From NCBI GenBank assembly GCA_040755455.1, contig JBFMAY010000028.1, positions 1 to 51,165 of the forward strand: DNA of 51,165 nt, read 5' to 3'. Below, piece after piece: positions 47,324 to 51,165 of this stretch. The notes beneath the pieces were generated by a model. It was not told the DNA's origin. It saw nothing but the letters and a program-made list of their open reading frames with translations, and ran no database searches. This DNA comes from Thermodesulfobacteriota bacterium. GTDB taxonomy: Bacteria > Desulfobacterota > Desulfobulbia > Desulfobulbales > SURF-16. The stretch's first letter is position 1, and the number at the start of each line of letters is the position of its first letter. The position numbers were made by a program, and so were the translations under genes.

Positions 47324-48681
47324 GTTTCGGTCGTTTGCTCCGCCTGCCGCGCAGCTTTTTTCACTAAGGCACCCACGGCGTTTTCGAAATTAGTTTTGGC
47401 CCCCCACTTATCAAGAGAAGGAAAATCGCGGCGCCGGATATCGAGTAATTCCCGCAGCAGATCGGGATTGACATCATTTTCCAGAGCGGCTTCTTCCAGC
47501 AGAGTGTCTTCGGGCGTAGCGGTATTGGTCTTTATTTCACTCATTGAGATATTCCTCCCATAACGTTTGGCTAAATCTGACGCCAATCGATTCTGAAAAT
47601 CAAACTCGTGCGACCATTCTTGTTGGATGTAATTCAGCTCCGCATCGCTGACGAGAGATAATGCTGTCTGTTTTTCAAGGGCGAGCAAACGATCCAATAT
47701 TTCTTGTCTGGCATGCGGTAAAAAAGGGCCGGGGCCAGCATTCCCATTGCGTTTCACCTCGCTACGATAGCCCGGCTTGTCGCGAAGTTCGATCAACCAA
47801 TTACGAAATTCGACAAGCGGCTGAAGATGCTCTTCTCCAGACTGAATAAATCCCTGTAATGATTTATCTTCTTTAACAACCGTACAAGTCCAACAGCCAA
47901 AGCGGCTCCCTCCACAGGACGGAGAGTTCAGATCAGTGATAGCCGGGCATTCCCCTCCGCCTGCCTGCCTGTAAAGAGAAATCATAAAACTATGATCGCC
48001 TCCCCACGGACAATCACTGCTCGCTAGATATTCCCAGACATCATCTGTGGTCCAATCGGCAATCGGAGTTGCAACCAGGGCATTCGGGATTTCGTGGTGA
48101 GGGTTGAGCCCGCGGCTATTAGATTCACGTGCCTGCATGGTGCGGCCGCGCTGAGAACTTTCAGAAATACGTGTACCAAGGAGAAGAACAACACTCCCGC
48201 AGGCTTGCGTCATTTCCTCAATTGACCTCCGTGAAGGTTTTATTTTCATGTTGCTGGTACACCAGCGAAACCATCTGGATGGTGGGGGATAACCTTTTCC
48301 AATCAACTTGCCCCAAAAACTTTCTCCGGGAAGCGGTCGGACCAAACGCACAAAAAGAGGAATATTGAGCGCTGTTGCTGCCGTCTCAATCCTTCTCAAC
48401 GAAGTAGAAACATAATCCGCGACATTTGGTGCCTCCAACTGTGTATCGGAAGATAGCACATAAACTGGTTTGTTGGCTTTTTTGCCAAGTTCGAGGAGGA
48501 CATTAACCGCAAGTTGAAGTACGGCAGTGGAGTCTTTCCCTCCTGAATAGGCCACAACCCATGGACGCTTATCGGCAAGGTAGAGTTTTTTTAATACTGA
48601 CAACGTATCAGTGGCTAAGGAAAATCCCTCAGAGGAGTATGCTTTAGTATATTTAGTTTCTGTTAGATCAGCCACAGCCAT
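47320..48681 (-). CDS. dndC: DNA phosphorothioation sulfurtransferase DndC (PAPS-reductase family)
   Basis: PWVVAYSGGKDST PP-loop, LIGKGYPPP..FRWCT..MKIKP, LGTRISES, ECP and SCGGSRFGCWTCTVV. Confidence 0.93.
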   Translation of the reverse strand: MAVADLTETKYTKAYSSEGFSLATDTLSVLKKLYLADKRPWVVAYSGGKDSTAVLQLAVNVLLELGKKANKPVYVLSSDTQLEAPNVADYVSTSLRRIETAATALNIPLFVRLVRPLPGESFWGKLIGKGYPPPSRWFRWCTSNMKIKPSRRSIEEMTQACGSVVLLLGTRISESSQRGRTMQARESNSRGLNPHHEIPNALVATPIADWTTDDVWEYLASSDCPWGGDHSFMISLYRQAGGGECPAITDLNSPSCGGSRFGCWTCTVVKEDKSLQGFIQSGEEHLQPLVEFRNWLIELRDKPGYRSEVKRNGNAGPGPFLPHARQEILDRLLALEKQTALSLVSDAELNYIQQEWSHEFDFQNRLASDLAKRYGRNISMSEIKTNTATPEDTLLEEAALENDVNPDLLRELLDIRRRDFPSLDKWGAKTNFENAVGALVKKAARQAEQTTET

Positions 48682-48854
48682 ATTTTATTTTGTGTAAGGT
48701 GTCTAAATTGGGGTAGAAATGATAAACAAAAAACTTATAACTCTTCGCCAGTTTTCTTTTTAGTAGCCACCAAACAGGCACTGTACTGTATTCGTCCGGC
48801 TCATTCAATAAAAGAAAAAAGAACATCGCCCTCATTATCAACCCTTACCATTGC

Positions 48855-48946
48855 TGAAGTGGTCAAGCAAAAATGGACAGTTTGCTAGGTAGCTTTTTTC
48901 AGAAGCCGCATTTCCTCAAATCCTTTTGGCTGACATAGGCCAAGTA
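48855..48946 (-). mobile_element. IS3-family right-end remnant
   Basis: Terminal TGAAGTGGTCAAGCAAAAATGGACA (TG...CA-type IR); the minus strand reads a frameshifted LG/YVS...FEEMRLLKKAT*, like an IS3 OrfB C-terminus. Confidence 0.65.
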
Positions 48947-49310
48947 AACAACCCAGCCCTGAGGGCTCGGCTTTGGTCACCACTATAAAGGGTTTGCTTA
49001 ACCTTGAACCACATAACCTGTATGGATGCTTAACCCACGCCTTGGTGGTTATTTTCGCGAGCACAAGGCAAAATTTGGGTCACCCACTAAAAGGCCCTCA
49101 TTAGGCCTTGAAATACCACTTTTTTGCCGTTTTTCACGAGTCAACATATTTCCAAAAGTTGTTGACCGGGAAGATATTGATTCTACACGTTATTGCTGGC
49201 CTCGCTACCAATATGGATATCCATTGCAGCACATTTTCCGCGAACCCCCATGAACAAGCTCATGTCCCGGCATACTCAAAATTACAGCCATAAAGCTGCC
49301 CACTCACTGT

Positions 49311-49418
49311 TCAGGAAAAACGACCTTTGAGGCCATGCAGGAGCGGCAGCAAGGCAGGAATATCCAGTGCGATGATGTTCCACAGGATATCGTTGTCAAT
49401 GCATTCGCGCTCAGACAT
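49311..49418 (-). pseudogene. HepT/DUF86 (HEPN) toxin remnant with a large in-frame internal deletion
   Basis: MSEREC joined directly to IDNDILWNIIALDIPALLPLL (DUF86 C-terminus); RNxxxHxY motif absent; start overlaps the mntA stop. Confidence 0.75.
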
Positions 49419-49641
49419 TGACCGCCTCCAGTTCGATGAACTGGCGCAGCTCCGGGCGCAGGGCCTTTTCGGTCACCAGATCAGCCGGGCAGCCAAGGGC
49501 GTCCTCCAGATAGAACTGCACGCCAAAATATCACTGCGAGGTGGCTGGTCCACCGAACAAGGCTAGCCGGACAACCCCGAAACGTCTTGCCAGTTCGGGT
49601 TTTGACCGGGCAAGCACCAGGAGAATCTCCCTTCGATTGAT
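49411..49641 (-). pseudogene. MntA-type minimal nucleotidyltransferase antitoxin pseudogene
   Basis: INRREILLVLARSKPELARRFGVVRLALFG|GPATSQ*YFGVQFYLEDALGCPADLVTEKALRPELRQFIELEAVNV*; ATC in place of ATG after GGAGG, GS..SDxD motif deleted, internal TGA. Confidence 0.8.
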
Positions 49642-49789
49642 GATCGCACCCTCCTTTCATTTCTTCTCACCGGAAAGTCTGGCACCAGTTGCGGGCTCAC
49701 ATAATTTTTTTTGCGGTTAGTGTCCTTTATACCCTATCTTCCAGGAAAAAGCTGCGCCAACTCCGTGAACCTGGGAAAACAAAAGACTT

Positions 49790-49996
49790 TCAATTCGCCG
49801 TCTTCCTGCTCGCCTCGCTGCTCAACACGATCCCCTGTTTTACTTTGATTTCCCTGGTCTTGGCCATAATCTCATCATGGGTCAAGATCCCTTTTTCAAC
49901 CAGCACATCGATTAACGCCTGATTGATGATCATCTCCATCTGCAGCGCTTGGGCCAAAGCTATCAACTGCTGCTCTTTATCCGGTTCTTCACTCAT
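49790..49996 (-). CDS. Small hypothetical protein
   Basis: 68-aa helical ORF (ALIDVLVEKGILTHDEI) co-oriented downstream of the cvfB-like gene. Confidence 0.55.
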   Translation of the reverse strand: MSEEPDKEQQLIALAQALQMEMIINQALIDVLVEKGILTHDEIMAKTREIKVKQGIVLSSEASRKTAN

Positions 49997-50056
49997 CTTC
50001 TCTGTCTCGTCCTCGTATCGTTTGCCGCCGCGGTATGCGATGGAGCGGCTTTTTGC

Positions 50057-50893
50057 TCATCGTCCGGCAAGGCTGATGCCATTGGGGTCAAGGGTGACAA
50101 GCCTTTTTTTGTAAAGGGCGCCTATGGCCTTTTTAAAGGTTTTCTTGCTTACCCCGAACAGGGAGTAAATATCTTCCGGCGGGCTTTTGTCGGTGACTGC
50201 AATCCGGCCGCCATGGTCTTTTATAGCCTGCAGAATGGCCTGGGAGATATCATCAATCCCTTGATAGCCTGGTTTGTTCAGGCTCAAGTCGATTTTGAGG
50301 TCTTCGCGTATTTTTTTTACGTAGCCCTTCAGCTGCTGGCCAATGAGAAGCTTTTGGAACACCTCGTTTTTGTAAAGCATGCCCCCATGGGAATGGTTTA
50401 CAATCGCCTTATAGCCCAGATCGGTTTTTTCATAGATAAGAAGATCCACCTCTTCGCCCTCTGCGTAGTTCGGGGGCTGCGGACTGAGGAATTTGTCCAG
50501 TCTTGCCGAGGCGGTGATGCGGTTGGTTTTTTCATCGAGGAAGACAAAGACAACATATGATTTGCCTTGGGCCATTTTGTCCTGCTGTTCACTCTTCGGC
50601 ACAAACAGATCTTTTTCCAGCCCCCAGTGCAGGAAGGCGCCCGACGGTGAGCTCGCCACCACCCGCAATCCGGCAAACTGACCGACCGTTGCCTGGGGTT
50701 TGCGGGTGGTGGCCCGCAGATGGTCTTCCCGGTCCGTATAAACAAAGACCTCAACCTCATCGCCGGCCCGGCACTTCTCGGGAACATCCCTGATCGGCAG
50801 GAGAATATCCCCTGACTCACCGCCATCAAGGTGGGCGCCGTAGTCCCGGGTTCTTTTTACCGTAAGCCTATTTATCCTGCCGATTAGCGCCAT
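50057..50893 (-). CDS. cvfB: CvfB-family S1 RNA-binding protein
   Basis: IGRINRL..DYGAHL, VFVYTDREDHL, GAFLHWGLEKDLFVP, TDLGYKAIVN and wHTH TDKSPPEDIYSLFGVSKKTFKKAIGALYK. Confidence 0.9.
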   Translation of the reverse strand: MALIGRINRLTVKRTRDYGAHLDGGESGDILLPIRDVPEKCRAGDEVEVFVYTDREDHLRATTRKPQATVGQFAGLRVVASSPSGAFLHWGLEKDLFVPKSEQQDKMAQGKSYVVFVFLDEKTNRITASARLDKFLSPQPPNYAEGEEVDLLIYEKTDLGYKAIVNHSHGGMLYKNEVFQKLLIGQQLKGYVKKIREDLKIDLSLNKPGYQGIDDISQAILQAIKDHGGRIAVTDKSPPEDIYSLFGVSKKTFKKAIGALYKKRLVTLDPNGISLAGR

Positions 50894-51165
50894 TTTTCCC
50901 CCTGTTTTTTTTTTGCGCGGTACCCGTGGTCCGCCCCCGCCAGCTGCCCGCGGCGCCCCAATGTTAAATTCCGGTTCATATCCCACGGTGAACTGGCTCG
51001 ACGTGTTATTGCGGATGCTCAGGAAATGGGCATTATCTTTATCAAAGGGACAAAGCGGCATGGCACAGGGCGCAAAGCCGAATTTTTGATAAAAGCGGGG
51101 ATCGCCTAAAACAAAGATGGTATTTGCCTTGATGACCTCCTGCCGCAAGGCAAAGCGCAGCAACT
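50894..51165 (-). CDS. C-terminal part of a YhbS-like GNAT acetyltransferase (cut by the window edge, in frame with cvfB)
   Basis: FVLGDPRFYQKFGF and VGYEPEF motifs; no stop codon before the cvfB ATG. Confidence 0.7.

Noticed and set aside
49531..49533. In-frame TGA in mntA as possible selenocysteine or read-through
   Set aside because: The position is not a Cys site, and the gene also lacks its start codon and catalytic motif, so it is a pseudogene

Overview
Chromosomal segment of a GC-rich sulfur-cycling Desulfobacterota; the DsrA/DsrB/DsrD and Sat sequences look Desulfobulbales/Desulfurivibrio-like (inference). Core content: sat, aroB, reductive-type dsrAB-dsrD, an opposed TPR/HEAT/TPR operon, dsrN, a rhodanese-fused persulfide/CoA-disulfide reductase, an ABC exporter, ferredoxin, alr-argS-SPOR-GNAT-secA-argJ, an MCP and gspA/gspB. 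The most notable accessory feature is a lower-GC, translationally coupled five-gene operon (48681->41672, minus strand): dndC, dndD, a DndE::FtsK-ATPase fusion, an ABC ATPase and a TOPRIM/DUF4435-like nuclease. It looks like a DNA-phosphorothioation module joined to a PARIS/OLD-like effector pair in place of DndFGH, and it is flanked by IS3 and MntA-HepT debris. Also notable: a type IA topoisomerase paralog that lacks the catalytic Tyr, set head-to-head with a wHTH/acidic-repeat/FGE-fold protein; a secreted ComEA-PLD nuclease fusion; four dispersed copies of a ~105-bp palindromic element; and a second MITE-like family after argJ. No rRNA, tRNA or CRISPR array was recognised. All family calls come from motifs read by eye, not from database searches.
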